The notes under the pieces: generated by a model
What the model saw: only the letters and a program-made list of their open reading frames with translations
Told to the model about the DNA's origin: nothing
Databases searched by the model: none
Part shown: positions 1-15,857 of the stretch, one piece after another
How the letters are laid out: each line of letters opens with the position of its first letter
Position numbering within the stretch: the stretch's first letter is position 1
Program-made: the position numbers and the translations under genes
Origin: the human T2T-CHM13v2.0 reference genome, Homo sapiens
NCBI RefSeq assembly: GCF_009914755.1
Contig: NC_060926.1
Length of the DNA: 64,000 nucleotides
Strand: one strand, 5' to 3'

Positions 1-1109
1 GGGTTTAAGGAAAGCTGCCAGGGACTAAGATTAGATCATCTTTACTGTCCTTCAAGAGGCCCAGGTAAAAGCGGAATTACTTTTGACCGTTACACTGTGT
101 GTTAGAATTCAATAAGACCTTGCTGAGACTCGGCCAGTTCAGGTGAATCTGTTTACTGTGTAGAAATTCTTTCAGTTCCATCTGCAAACTGAAGGAGAGG
201 CTTTATTCCCCCCGTAGTCTGCAGGTCTAAGGATGCGCTCTGTAAAATTTCGTAAGCCTCTGGGACTTGCCCAGCGTTCTCAGTGGTGACTGTCTTAAAA
301 GCGACAATGTTGTTTGGGAGCATGGAGGTGAAGTGAAGAGAGGGCAGCTGCTCCACTTCGTGGCCTACGTGGGGAGGAGAGAAACTCCCCCTCAGGTTAA
401 GGGCAGAAGACTTGTGTAGGGAGGGGTCATGTCATGAGGAAAAGCTGCACCCGTGACATGGGGGCAAGACAGGGCTTGTCTGATAAACTGGTGAGACTGC
501 CCGGCTGAAGCCCATTCTGAGGGGGGATTGACAGACGAGCCTCTTGGAAGAGAATTTTCCCAAGGGAAGAGAGCCAGGCAGGCAAGGTCAGGCCGGAACA
601 AAGCCTTAGTCATCCGAGGACGACACACTCCGAGTCCAGCCCACGTGACCCTGATCCAGCCCATGGAATCTGGCTGAAATCCTGGGAGAAATGACTTGGA
701 GCCAAGATGAAAAGAGGTGTGCTCATCACAAGTCAGTCAGACCCTGGGGGTGCCAGACGGGGAGAGGGGCTTCATCCCTGCTTCTTCCCAAAGCAGCCCT
801 CAGCTGTGCTCCCATATGTGACCCGCCCCCACCACCTCACCCCAGGAAGGGCCCACAGGGGTCAGAGAAGCACCTGGGTGCCTGGGGAAGGAGGGCCAGA
901 GTCCACAAGGGACACTCCCAGGACTTCCAGGACTTCTGGGGGTGGGGCAGCCTAAGGTCATCAAATAACAGGAAGGGGCAAGAAAACACATGCTCCAAGA
1001 GTGAAAGTGACCCCAAGCTAACATCCAATCTAGGAGGCCCAAGAAAGCCCAGAAGACAGGCGCATCCACATGTCCCCCCATGATTATTTTTTAGGGTATC
1101 ATGTTTTAC

Positions 1110-1230
1110 TTTACTAAAATTGTAAGCTCCTTGAAAGCAGGAATCTTTGTCTCTTTTATTCGATGCTCCGTTCCGGTGACAGAAAAGTGCCTGGTGTATA
1201 GTAAAGTCAATACTTATTGTCTGATAAATT
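1110..1230 (+). mobile_element. L2 LINE 3' end fragment
   Basis: tgtaagctccttgaaagcagg...agtgcctggtgtatagtaaagtcaatac resembles the L2 3' terminus. Confidence 0.6.
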
Positions 1231-2272
1231 TCCCATAGAGTTTCACCATCATAGGGTTTTTTTTTTTTTTTTAATCAGTTGTTCTCAAGCTTTTTGTAGC
1301 AGCAGATGGTCTTCTTGAAATAAAACCTCGTGGGGAAGCTCAAAAAGCAAAACAGATAAATGTGGAGTTCCTCTGATAGAAGAGGAGATGGAATGAGGGA
1401 TCTCTGTCCAACGCAGCCCAGCCCAGCCCCATGCCTTATGGCTGGCCCTGAGAATGCTTCAGGCAATTCCTTAGGCCACAAAGAAGACAGCTAAAAACAC
1501 AAATATGGTCATTTTGTTAAAAACGAAGCTGACAGAGATGCCCATGCAACCTTTCCCCCTGGTGGCATTTGGAAAAAAACTCAGTGATATGAGATGAAGC
1601 CCCAGGGAAAGGATTAATGCTAGCTTAGCATATGGACGGATGGAGAAGCTGAAGTCAGGGCACCCTTCAGTTCATTATGCAGGGACGGAGGGCAGAGCAA
1701 CCCAAACCTGGCACATCATGCTCCTCCAGCCAACATGACAGCACCCGGCGAGCCCTGACACCTCATAAATATTCATGGCCTTTGGCTCAGCAGTTTCTGA
1801 ATATTCCTAAGTTTGAACTCTGCCTCCACACTGCCCGGGACAGGAAGCCAGGTGGAATTGAGACACAGCCCTTGCAGTTTTATCAAATGGTGAGTTTAAT
1901 TCTATTATTATTTTATCCTTCCCCAGAAAACTCCAGTTTTGCATTTATATTGAGTTACTCCTGGCTGTGTCTAGCAACAATGACACAATGTCCCTGTCAG
2001 GACACATCCCAAGCCACGGGGGTCATCCTCTATCTCCCATTCATACGGGTGTTTCTAACTTTTGCCGAGTCTAATTCCAGAGTAAGAAAATAACACTAGT
2101 GCCTGACAAACAGCCAGCACCAGGGGGTCGAACTGCATAGATTCTAGAGTTGCAGGGCCTGGGACCAAATGGCAGCTCTGTCATTTTTGCTTGTGAATGT
2201 TGCTGATTTGGGCAACTTATGTGGTTTCTGTAAGTCTTTGTTGAGAATCTCTACAGTGTGGGTAATCATGCC

Positions 2273-2730
2273 TGTATCAGTTTCCTATTGCTGCTGTAAC
2301 AAAAGACCACAAACATAGGAACTTAGAACAACCCAAACTCATTATCTCATTGTTCTGGAGGTCAGAGATCTGATATGGATCTTACTAGGCTCGATCAAGG
2401 TTTCAGGAGGGCTGCGTTCCCTCCAGAGGCCACCACTTTCCTTGGCTCATGGCCCCTTCCTCCATCGTCAGAGCCAGCACTGGCCAGCTGTGTCCTCCCA
2501 CGCTGCATCCCTCTGACTTCTTCCTGCTGCTTCTATTTATAAGGAATCTTGTGATCATATTGGGCCCATGCAGGGAATCTAGGATGATCTTGCTATTTTA
2601 AGCTCATTGATTAGCAACCTTAATTCAATCTGCAACCTTAATTCCCCTTTGCCATGTATGGTAACATATTCACAATTTCCAGGAATTAGGACACAGACAT
2701 CTTTGGTGGGTTATTATTCTGCCAACCACA
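2273..2730 (-). mobile_element. MLT1 (ERVL-MaLR) solo LTR, MLT1C/D-like
   Basis: Starts tgtatcagtttcctattgctgctgtaacaaa and ends attattctgccaaccaca, the antisense MLT1 termini. Confidence 0.8.
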
Positions 2731-3484
2731 TTACTCTTCTCCTAGTGTGAGGGGGAAGGGGTAATGTGAGAGCAAGCAGGCCCATGGCCTGCATGTAACT
2801 GAGTGGCTGTCTTCAGAAGCCGGACACAATGAGCCACGCTGACACCAGGAAGTTGGAAGACATGTCCTGTCTTGCATTGTCCCATAGGACCTGCAAGTGC
2901 CAGTAAAGACTACTATCCAACTTTGCCCACCTAGCCTGCTAACCTTGGGAGAAAGCAATCATCTGTCATCTTAGGCCAACATTCCTTTTGCCTTTGTTAG
3001 CATAGAATCTAAATAACAGACTATATGCCCAAACCCACCCTGCCACTTTCCTCTTGAACCACAGGCACTCGGCAGCATCTCCACTGCAACTCCAGGATGC
3101 ACTGGACCACACATCCAGGAATGTCCCCTACGGACATCTGGGAGCCCAGTCCCAAGGCCCCTCCAGAAGCAGACACCCTTCTATGCAACTTGGGGCAACT
3201 CAGCCTTGCTCTCAGGAGACAACTGAGTGGCCAGTCTCTTCCCTGACACAGAGGTTACACAGGAATCCCCTCCGTGGACAAGAGCTGGCCAGGTTGTATG
3301 GCAATGCCCAGTTCTCATTTTCTGAGTCTTTCCTCATGATAGTTGTTCCCACAGGCCTCAGGAGCTATTCCTCAAGCCATCTTTGCCCTTCAAAGCTTAA
3401 ACAATTCCTGACCCTAATTTCCAAATCTTTTCTGCTTAATCTATGCACCAAATATCATGCTCAGCCATCTGTGTAGTCCCCATG

Positions 3485-3852
3485 TGTATTCGTCTATTCT
3501 CAAGCTGCTAATAAAGACATACCCAAGACTGGGTACTTTATAAAGGAAAGAGGTTTAACTGACTCACAGTTCAGCATGGCTGGAGAGGCCGCAGGAAATT
3601 TACAATCATGACAGAAGAGGAAGCAAACATGTCCTTCTTCACATGGCGACAGCAAGGAGAAGTGCCAAGCAAAAGGGGAAAAAGGCCATCAGATCTTGTG
3701 ACAACCCACTCACTGTCATGAGAACAGCAGCATGGGGGTAACTGCCCCCATGATTCAATTACCTTGCACCAGATCCCTCCCACAACATTTGGGGATTACA
3801 GGAACTAGAATTCAAGATGAGATTTGGGTGAGGACACAACCATCCCATATCA
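3485..3852 (-). mobile_element. MST/THE1 solo LTR
   Basis: tgtattcgtc...aaagacatacccaagactggg...gagatttgggtgaggacaca...tatca; 5-bp TSD ccatg on both sides. Confidence 0.9.
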
Positions 3853-4269
3853 CCATGTGACTACAGGTGCTGCTGGAAATCTCCATTAAAGGATCTCTGG
3901 AAATGGATAAACTCTGTTGTATTCTTCACAATCACAGCCACACAGCTTGACTGACACTGAAGGTCAAAAGAGGCCTATTCATTATCCCATGAAACAGCTG
4001 TCTTTAATGATGCCAGTGGGAACTGTGGTACAGTGAGGAAGGCTGAAGCCTGGCTGAGTTCGTCAATTCCTCAGTGCTGGCGTTTGAATTGATACCCCAC
4101 CAATTCTGAACTCTCTGAATCTGTTTCCTCCTTCTTAAAGTGTTCAAAGTAACTTTGCAGTATTATGGCTCAAAACAAAAGAGAATATCTATGGCTTTGC
4201 AGTTCAATACTTTGCAGTATTATGCCTCAAAACAAAAGAGAGAATATCTGTTCAAAGCTACCACTTCTG

Positions 4270-4510
4270 GTACCACATTCTGATTACCTATGGCTGCATC
4301 TCAGGTGATCCAAAGCTTAATGGATTCAACAGCAACCATTTTATCATATCTCACAGATTCTGTAAGTCAGGAATTTAGGCAGGGCTCGGTCAGGGGACTC
4401 CTCTGTGCCTCATGTGCCCATGGATATTGCTCAGTGGAACTCAGCTGGAGGTGGACTGGTCTGGAGGGTGCAAGGCAGCATCACTCATGTGTTGTCCAGG
4501 CAGTTCTTGC
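4270..4510 (-). mobile_element. Old MLT1 LTR fragment
   Basis: ctcacagattctgtaagtcaggaatttaggcagggctc is typical of antisense MLT1H/J-type LTRs. Confidence 0.55.
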
Positions 4511-4512
4511 TT

Positions 4513-5427
4513 GCAGTGGCTGCCACAAGCACTGAATTAACTCAAATGGAGCCACTGCTTCTGAGGAAATTCAAGATTCGATTCCCGCGAGCTTCAGCTC
4601 ACGACATTTCTGTTGACTGATCAATATGCAACTTTGGTTTTTGTGTGTTTTTATTTAAAGATACCTTATTGAATATCTATTTCTTAAAAAATAATTAGTT
4701 ATATGAAGTATTTTCTTTATAAGAAAACACTAGCATGGATGAGTTTATCATTTTCCTGAACCTGGGTAATGTGTCCATGAATTTCTTTGGCTCTCAGCCT
4801 CACAAAAAAATGCTGTCACTATTCTTTTTTCTATATGTCATAATCTCAAAAATCTACAGATTTAGCCATTTCCCCATCTTTTTCATAGCTCCATCACACA
4901 CCAAAGATTTAGTTTAAGCACTTTCTAGGATGGCCTCCCTTACAGATTGGCAAATTTCCTCTTCTCTTTTCCCAATGTACCATGTTGTTGATTCTAACCT
5001 TGAACTCAGAGCCAACAGCATTAAAACTCCTGCCTGAACAAAGCATACTGGACACACATATTTCCTCTGCAAGGCACATCAAAGCCTTTTTGCACTTAGG
5101 AACACTGGTCTGCACTTAAGCCCTATGTTTGGGGGTCACTTTAAACAGTGAAATCAACAGCAAAAAGCACAAAACACATGGCGCTAGGTAGACGGTGAAA
5201 AGGACCGTTGATTGCAGTATTGAGAGCTATAACAAGAAGGCAAAGTATCTTCTTGTGTGACCTCAGCTGGGAACATGCACATTGAGAGACTCAAACCTTT
5301 TGCTGCCCCACACACATCCATGAATAACTACAACAGTGCTGCAAGTATTGATTTGGGGGTTTTGAATAAATTTTAATGAGCAGATAAATTTGCAAATACA
5401 GAATCTGCAAATAATGAGGGTCACTGG
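4513..5427 (-). mobile_element. MER82 (TcMar-Tigger) DNA transposon, interrupted at ~4681-4984
   Basis: Ends gcaaatacagaatctgcaaataatgagggtcactg; internal gacctcagctgggaac and agcactgaatta match the recalled MER82 consensus. Confidence 0.8.
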
Positions 5428-5567
5428 TATTTGGTGCTTTTTCGAGAATGGGTGGAAGACGGCACTCAGCTGGGACTGTCCAATGGGGAGAGGTCCATGT
5501 GTGGCCCTCCAACATGTCACAGGGCACTTGGACTTCTTATTGTTTTTCTTGATTTTCCTCATACAAA

Positions 5568-5571
<4 letters not shown>

Positions 5572-5612
<41 letters not shown>
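5572..5612. repeat. (TG)~20 microsatellite
   Basis: Read directly. Confidence 0.98.
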
Positions 5613-5613
<1 letters not shown>

Positions 5614-5725
5614 TTTCTTGAAGCAAAGTCTGTAACTAAATAAACTATGTTACTTTGTGTTCATTATTCAAACATTTTAGGGACCAGGAGAATTCTATGG
5701 TTTGTTTAGTAGAAAAAGCTTACCA

Positions 5726-6091
<366 letters not shown>

Positions 6092-6346
6092 TCAAATCCT
6101 TTCTAATTGTGCTATGTTTAGAGCATGAAGAACATGACACAAAAAATATAATTGCATCATAATTGGGTCAAAAATTCAGTAAAAGTGACAGTCCTTGAAA
6201 TTTACTATTCTGTATTGGTCCCTTAAGAAATTATCAGCAAGAATATATTTAGAAAATAAGTCCATCACCAACTCATTCCCTTTTAGTTACACAAATCTAC
6301 AGTCTACCCAGTTAGGAATAATCCTTCCCTCTTACTTCATTAATAA

Positions 6347-6470
6347 AAAGACCAAATCATTCATCATCCATTTAGGACACCTTTTAGAGTGAAACGGGAC
6401 ACTCTTAATCATGCTAGGATAACAGGCATAGGCCAAGTCTGCCAAGACAAACTGGGCATTGCACCTGTCC
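6347..6470 (+). mobile_element. MER94 (hAT-Blackjack) relic
   Basis: catcatcca...ggacaccttttagagtgaaacggg...ggataacaggcata...caaactggg follows the recalled MER94 consensus. Confidence 0.65.
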
Positions 6471-7982
6471 CACCTGTGGCAATATTCATAATCAATATAA
6501 ACCTCAGGACGTTTATAAGACTTGCTTGGTTGTAATGCATTGTATCTTTCCAACTATGATACAAATTACTTTCAGGGGACACAGGTTGAGCTCTCTTTTC
6601 TAAAGCCATATTCAACAGACCTTAATTGGTCCACAAGCCCTGCAAACTATTTAAGCCATCTATCCACCAAAACACCTCCCTTTTGTAAAAACTAATGATT
6701 ATCAATTGCCTTGAGAAATGTAATGAAGCATTTCAAAAGTCACTCTCACTGTAGTTTCTTTAAGTGTATTGCACTTGATTCTTTTCTTAATCTGGAATTC
6801 ACTTTCTCTTTTTTAAAAAAAATTTGTTTTTGTGTTAGAGGATTTTTAGGAGAATAGACTAAGTTTTAGTATCTCCCCATTCAAGACATAACAGCTCTTC
6901 TCAAAGGTATTAAAGCAGTAGCAGCAGTTACTCCTCCCTTCATTCTTAGACTTTCACCTCCAAAGCCAAGTCAATCAAATGCCAAGAAAAAGTCAGACCA
7001 TCTTGCATTATATATACTAGAGTAATGGTCTTCATTTATTTCACAGGTTTTGTCATTCATTCTTTGCATGCAGACATAGCCAAAATCCTTTTGTACCATT
7101 TGTAAAGTGGAAATGATACTACCACTACTATTATTAGTCCCTTAAAATCACCTGCAGCACATTGTGTGTTTGTGTGTCTCAGGGGATCACCTGAGCTATT
7201 GGGAAAGGTTAAAACACACACCTGAGTTGAGAGGCCAGCTGCGCCTTGGGCTTTATTCCACGGAGAGACACGTCCACCTAATGGAAACTTTCTCACCACA
7301 CTCTGTAAACAGAAGCCTGTGGTCATACACCTTCCATGTAGCCCAGACCCCAGATCACATTGCAGTTGGTCCCTGTGGCTTGCCTCCATCCTTGGGCTAT
7401 TTAGATATGCCAGATATACAGCACTCATGTTCTCTTAATTTAAGCCTTTGCATAGCTGCTCAATATCTGCTTGCGCTCCTGGTCTAACTGGTGAAATTAG
7501 AAGCGTTGAAACTTCTTTTTGGTGACCTCTTACTATTTTACTATTTCTCAGGTACCAGAAAAGAAAGGTCTCCCTGTCCACATCCTACTGATGTATTGCT
7601 GATCAGTTCAAACCAACTTTATCTATTCTGTATCCTAGTAAACATACGACTTGTCCTTCTAACATCCACTTGGGTGGAGAAGATTTGGTAGAGAGGAGAA
7701 AAACTGGACATTTTACAGAAGTGAAGTCAAAACAACAATTTCAAGAAATCATTCAGGATTCTATGAAATTCTGATCTCACTTTACACTTTTCATGATCTC
7801 TGATGAATAAATCTTTATGCGAGGAGGCTGGTTTAGGGACTTTGCTGCTCTGGGTTTGAATACCCCACAGATCCTGACCAGCACTTCCCACAGCTTAATG
7901 ACCCCCATTCAGAGATTCTAAACCTTAACAATATCAAGACTTCGTGCAATTCCTCTTATGGTTCACTAAAAAGCTTAGGCTA

Positions 7983-8273
<291 letters not shown>

Positions 8274-9499
8274 AAAAAGCTTAGGCTAAATCATTCGCCT
8301 GAAGGTCTCAGTGTCCTCCAGTTTTCATGTACAAAGATGGCGTTTCCACCTTCTCAGGACTATCATCTCAAGAGCAGACTCAGGCACAGTCCTTTCATAT
8401 TGACTCCCGCTCTACATTTCATCACCTTTCAGAGAATGCGCCCAGAACAACAAAAGACTGTTTGCAGTTCTAATGATTTTCTTGCTGACCTTTGACCATG
8501 CAGACAACACTCTGTTTTCTCTATCCCAAAATGTGTCTGTGCATAATGCCGTGTGACATTCACCTCTATCTTTGAATTGCAATGAATTAGGGATTAGAGC
8601 CTCAGTGAACGCTGCTGCCCTTTTCAGGCTGTTTCAACTCTGCAGGGATTTATTTGCCCCATTTTATGTCAGTAACTTTGCCTTTGCAAGCTTTACCTAG
8701 GCTTCTTTAAAAAAATTATTTTTTTAACTTATAGAATATAACCAGAGCAAACCTTCAGAGCTGTGGGGCAGGGAAGACTAATTGGTGTTCAAACCACTTT
8801 GAAGCTTTTAGTCCAAGGGCAGTAGCATCTCCATAAATGTTGTGAGTATCCAAGGGCCTGATTTCACTCCAAGAATATGATTTGTGCAGTTTGCAAGTTG
8901 TTTTCTAATTGTAGGATGTGAAGAACTGTCGGCTAGAGTCTAGATTGATTCTGATGAGAGCCCAGAGACACAAATTCATCTTCACTTGCCCTCCTTGTTT
9001 CACGTTTAGATGGCCACAGATTTCATCTCCAAGATATTTTAAAAACACTGTTTTCCCTGTGGTCCCTACCCCGTCATGACCATCCATGTGTCCTCCATTA
9101 AATGTAACCAATTTCTGTATCTTTTTGAACTTCAAAATATTTCACAATCAATTGTCTAGATAAACTTACATCTCATTTAAAATGGCATAAAAGGCGAGAG
9201 AGAAGCTTGCTTGCTTCTTGAATCTGATTACAAAAAAATTATCAACTATGTAACTTTTTACTTTAAACTACCCAGAGCAGCATGAATGGTATGTCTCAGA
9301 AAAGGCAAAAATAATAATATTTCCCAAACTCACTAAGGTAATTATTCCTGCCTTATAAATAACAATACTTGACAAATATAAAACACCTTCACATCAAAGT
9401 CACTCACACTGTGTTTAAAAAATTGAGGCTGATATCTCTGGGTCCCTATTTGAATAGCCAGATGCAGTCTCCTGGGGCACGGCAGGGAAGGAAAGAGAA

Positions 9500-9670
9500 G
9501 CAACATTTACTGAGTCTCTCGTGTGTTCTTACATGTTTAACCCCATTTAATTCTCACAGTAACCCGGAAGTTACAATTTTCCTATTACAGAGGAGGTAAC
9601 TGAGGCTCAAAGAGGTTCTGTACCTTGCCCAAGGTCATTCCTGCTAGCAGAGGCAAGGTTTGAACCCACT
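9500..9670 (-). mobile_element. MIR SINE
   Basis: catttaattctcaca...acagaggaggtaactgaggctcaaagaggtt...cttgcccaaggtca...tttgaaccca. Confidence 0.8.
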
Positions 9671-10241
9671 TTTGGCTCCCTGCAAGGGGTGTCCCATGTG
9701 AGAGATAAAGAAAAGTCCCTCAGGACCTGTCACCTTGAGCAGTAGCCTAACTTCCTGCTGAAAATTCTAGCAGGTGGCCTAGAAATTGGAGAATGAAGCA
9801 AGTCAGAGAGAAAGAGAAACATCCATGAAAGAACTGGCAATGGACTGTCTTCAGAATGACCCAACCTTGGTTCTCAAAGGGCATCTGGTTGGGCCTCAGT
9901 GTCACTGGTAGGACACAGCGAACACCTGAGGAGGTGTGGCTGGAAGGCACTGGGACTTCAGAATACAGCAAGGCAGGAAAATAAACAGAGCCATGTCCAG
10001 TCCAAACTGGAGTAAGGGACTTGAACCCTCAGAAGCTGGCTTGAGCGGTGTCCTGGGGTGTGTTAAGGTCACAGTGGATCCAAGGACAGAAGATAGTGGA
10101 AGGTCTTTCTGGGGGAGTCCACAGAAGAGGGTTTGGGGTCAGAGCAGAGGTCAAGATTCAGGGGCAGAACAATGGTGTTCAGCAAGTCAGAGTACAAGCT
10201 CAGGGGAGAGGTGGCCTGGACGAGCCCTGTGGTAATTGCAG

Positions 10242-10595
10242 TGTATTCGTCTGTTTTTAGGCTGCTGATAAAGACATACCTGAGACCGGGCAGTTTACAA
10301 AACAATGATGTTTAATGGACTTACAGTTCCACATTGCTGAGGAGGCCTCACAATCATGTCGGAAGGCAAGGAGGAGTCGGTCACATCTTACATGGATGGC
10401 AGCAGGCGAAGAGAGAACTCGTGCAGGGAAACTCCCATTTTTAAAACTGTGAGATCTCATGAGACTTATTCACTATCACAAGAACAGCATGGGAAAGACC
10501 CGCCCCCATGATTCAATTACCTCCCACTGGGTCCCTCCCATAACATGTAGGAATTCAAGATGACGTTTGGGCGGGGACACAGCTAAACCATATCA
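10242..10595 (-). mobile_element. THE1 solo LTR
   Basis: cacatcttacatggatggcagcagg...gtgcagggaaactccc; TSD tgcag/agcag. Confidence 0.9.
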
Positions 10596-11076
10596 AGCAG
10601 GTACCCAGCTGCTGGGCTAAGAAGGAAGGGTGGGCAAGGGGTCAGGGCTGGGATTTTCTTTTCCCAGCCCTGTCCCCCAGCATGGTCAGTATTATCTCGG
10701 AACCTGAGCAGGACCAAGCCCTCCGGTGCTGTGCCTGGCCTGCTGCGCTGTGTGGCTCTAAGAAGGTAGGGCCTGACCAGAGTCCTCAGGACCCGTGTGG
10801 GAAGGCACTGAGCTAGAAAAAAATACACCAGTTGACAAACAGATGGGAAATTAGAAAAGAAGTAGAAATTTCCTGTAACCAAAAACAAATAAGAGCCTGA
10901 AACTGAAAGTTGAGGCTTTTTCCTTTGGAAAAGATGTCCCAGCACTGACTTTTTTCCATGACTGGCCATTAAAGAGGCAGGCTGGCGGGGAAGGGGATGT
11001 TTCCAGGGCTGGCCCCACCCAGCGTAGTGACAAAGCACAGCCGCTGTTTCAAGCTTGGGGAGAATTTTGGTGCATC

Positions 11077-11370
<294 letters not shown>

Positions 11371-12204
11371 AAAAATAATTGGTGCATTAAATTGAGAGGA
11401 TGAAGTGGATTACAGATGTGGAAATAAAAGTACGGAGGTGAGAGGTTGGAAAACACAATGAATGTACAGATAACATTGAGCAAAACAGCTTTTCGGGTGC
11501 AGGCTGCACCTCTGGAATTGGGGAAGGAGATGCACAAAGAGGGCTTGTGAGCAGTGCTGGGGTGGGTTCTGAAAACACCCTTCTCAGCCATCACATACTC
11601 GCTGCAGGCTGGGCATGACTGTTGAGCTTGCCCCATGATGGAACACAGTTGCTAGCTAGGTGGGGCAAATGGGCTTCTTTCACTGCTCTCCGACAAGACG
11701 GTGGCTTCCCAATTAAGCACTGCATCTGCTGAATCATGAGGTCTGAGCGTCCCTCCAAGCAAAAGTGCAGATGCTGCCCCTGCAATACCTGTGTGTCCCA
11801 GAATGTTTGACAGGGGGAGATGCCTTGGAGCACTTCCTCAGACAATTTCTGGACAGGATGAGAAAATTCGGCTCGTCAATATCTGCCATTGCTTACAACA
11901 TACAGGCAAGCATGCTTCCGGGATGTTGAGAAAATAAGAGAACTTCTCTGAATTGCTTTAAAGGAAAATTATTGCCCTCCCTTTCTCTGCTGTCTGGCAC
12001 TGAAATACTGTTTTCTCCAGTTTGCTACATAGTCCTCTCTTCTGATGTTTATCTTTTTTTTTTGACTAATATTTGTATTGGTAAGAGGTGCTTTGGAATT
12101 TGCACACATGAAGAAATAAAGAGCTTTTTTCCTCTACATTTCTAATATTCAGCTGCTCTCTTACCTTTCTTGTCCAGGTATTTTGACTTTTAAATTCTCT
12201 AGGT

Positions 12205-12345
12205 GGTTTCTCTTTCTCTTTCTCTTTCTTTCTTCCTTTCTTTCTTTTCTTTCTTTCTCTTTCTTTCTTCTTTCTTTTCTTTCTTTCCTTTCTTTCCCTC
12301 TCTCTCTCTTTCTTTCTTTCCTTCCTTCCTTCTCTCTTTCTTTCT

Positions 12346-12350
<5 letters not shown>
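12205..12350. repeat. TTTC/TC-rich tract derived from an Alu tail
   Basis: Pyrimidine tract directly adjoining the antisense Alu. Confidence 0.9.
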
Positions 12351-12905
<555 letters not shown>

Positions 12906-12909
12906 GCCT

Positions 12910-13690
12910 GCCTAGGCTCTGCGAATTATGTAGTCAGTTCTGTTCAGCATTTTCAAAAAATCTCTCCTCTCAGAATTCTGAGGACACGACTCTACTGCCT
13001 GCTGGATTTTTATTCTGTGGAAGTCTGAAGCCAGGCCTGACTGGTTGTTTGGGGTTACCTGACTTTTTGTTTTTATTGCGGTTGTTACTCTTATTTACTT
13101 ACTGCTCCTATTTACTCTGGGTCCCTTCTTTGTGCCTGAAACATCCAAGTGTCACAAAGCTAAGTCTCGGTGTCCCGCTCTTCTAAATAATTGGACTTTG
13201 TTTTAATGAACCTTTTTAACATGAAGGCCAACTCTTTCTTTAGGTCAAGAGCGTTTCTATTTGTTCAGTGTTTCTTTTCCATGTGTTCTGTACTTTCTTA
13301 CATGTACATGCCACATCCTTAAACTATGGGTCTTTTTTCCTCCCATCATTTTCACTTCCTCATCTTTTTCATACCCTTGACTTTTATTTTTAGGCAGAAG
13401 AGTTTGTCACATGTGTCATCTACTTCACTGATCAGGTTTTCTGCAGCCTCGAATCTGTTGTTGCTGCTTCCATCTGGGATTTTAAATTCCACTATTGTGC
13501 TTTTTTCATCTTCTCACATTATTGCCTGATCTCGCTGTTCTTTCTCTGCCCATTTGCCTTTCACAGGTGCAATATCTTTCTGCATGTTTTAAGGAACGCA
13601 TGATAGAAAATTTGTAACATCTCCTTTTTCTTACATAACTGTACTACATCGGAAGACATTTGCTCTGGTTTGTTTTGAAGTCCCTTATTT
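12910..13690 (-). mobile_element. Ancient L1M fragment
   Basis: T-rich diverged sequence (gaagtctgaagccag, ttttctgcagcctcgaatctgttg) typical of antisense L1M 5'/ORF1 regions. Confidence 0.5.
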
Positions 13691-13696
13691 CATTAA

Positions 13697-14068
13697 TGAC
13701 ATGGTTTGTCTGTGTCCCCACCCAAATCTCATCTTGAATTGTAGCTCCCATAATTCCCACATGTTGTGGAAGGGACCTGGTGGGAGATACTTGAATCATG
13801 GGGGCGGTTTCCCCCATACTGTTCTCATGTTAGTGAATAAGTTCCACAAGATCTGATGGTTTTTTAAAGGGTTCCCCTCTCACTTGGTTCTCATTCTCTC
13901 TCTTGCCTGCTGCCATGTAAGACATGCCTTTGCTCCTCCTTCACCTTCCGCCATGATTGTGAGGCCTCCTAGCCATGTGGAATGGCGAGTCCATTAAACT
14001 TCTTTTTCTTTATAAATTACCCAGTCTTGGGTGTGTCTTTATCAGCAGCATGAAAACAGACTAATAAA
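13697..14068 (+). mobile_element. THE1/MST solo LTR
   Basis: tgacatggtttgtctgtgtccccacccaaatctcatcttg...agactaataaa. Confidence 0.92.
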
Positions 14069-14312
14069 ATTGACTAGTGATTTTCTCTATAATATTGCTT
14101 TGCCAAGCTATTAATTAGCTCTCTCTTTATTACTTCTTGTAAACAGTAGTCACTGATTGTTTATTATCAGGAATCAAGATGGATTCTGACACATATTATC
14201 TGGATCCCTTCCAGCATCTTTTAGACTCAATAAAATTTAAAGACATTTATAGAGATTTCGATAGCCAGATCAGGTATGCAGCATGCTGCTGAGACTAAGG
14301 AGGGAACCTGAT

Positions 14313-14677
14313 TGTATGAGTTCATTCTCACACTGCTATAAAGAACTACCTGAGACTGGATAATTTATAAAGAAAAGAGGATTAGTTGACTCACAGTTCC
14401 ATATGGCTGTGAGGGAGGAAACTTATGATTATGGCAGAAGGCAAAGACAAAGCAAGCCCTGTCTTACATGGTGGCAGGAGAGAGACAACATGCAGGGGGA
14501 AGTGCCAAACAGTTTTAAACCATCAGATCTCATGAGAACTCACTCACTATCACAAGAACAGCAAGGGGGAAATCCACTTCCATAACCCAGTTACCTCCCA
14601 CCAAGCCCCTCCTCCAACACGTGGGGATTACAATTCAAGATGAGATTTGGGTGGGGACACAGAGCCCAGCCATATCA
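14313..14677 (-). mobile_element. MST solo LTR
   Basis: cacactgctataaagaactacctgagactgg...ggggacacagagc...tatca; TSD ctgat/ctgag. Confidence 0.9.
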
Positions 14678-14789
14678 CTGAGCCAGCAGCTGTGGCAACA
14701 CAGAACATTGCTTAGTCCAGAGAACCTTTTTCCATGCTTCTTCTGACATCAGCAATTAATACTAGTATATAATATCCAAAATATCTCCA

Positions 14790-15790
<1,001 letters not shown>

Positions 15791-15857
15791 GAGAGATCTC
15801 AGAGGTTTAACATTCTGCCTGTGGTTCCTACCAGCAGGTAAAAATAGAGATAGCCAT

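Noticed and set aside
1-1083. Slightly CpG- and GC-richer start of the window with short ORFs
   Set aside because: Not a CpG island, no recognisable peptide and no core promoter signature; it could be regulatory, but the sequence alone does not support that.
6332-6615. Protein-like short ORFs on the minus strand
   Set aside because: They overlap a MER94 relic and show no homology I recognise.
13960-13980. PRDM9-like motif position in the THE1/MST LTR
   Set aside because: It reads cctcctagccatg, which does not match the CCTCCCTAGCCAC hotspot motif.
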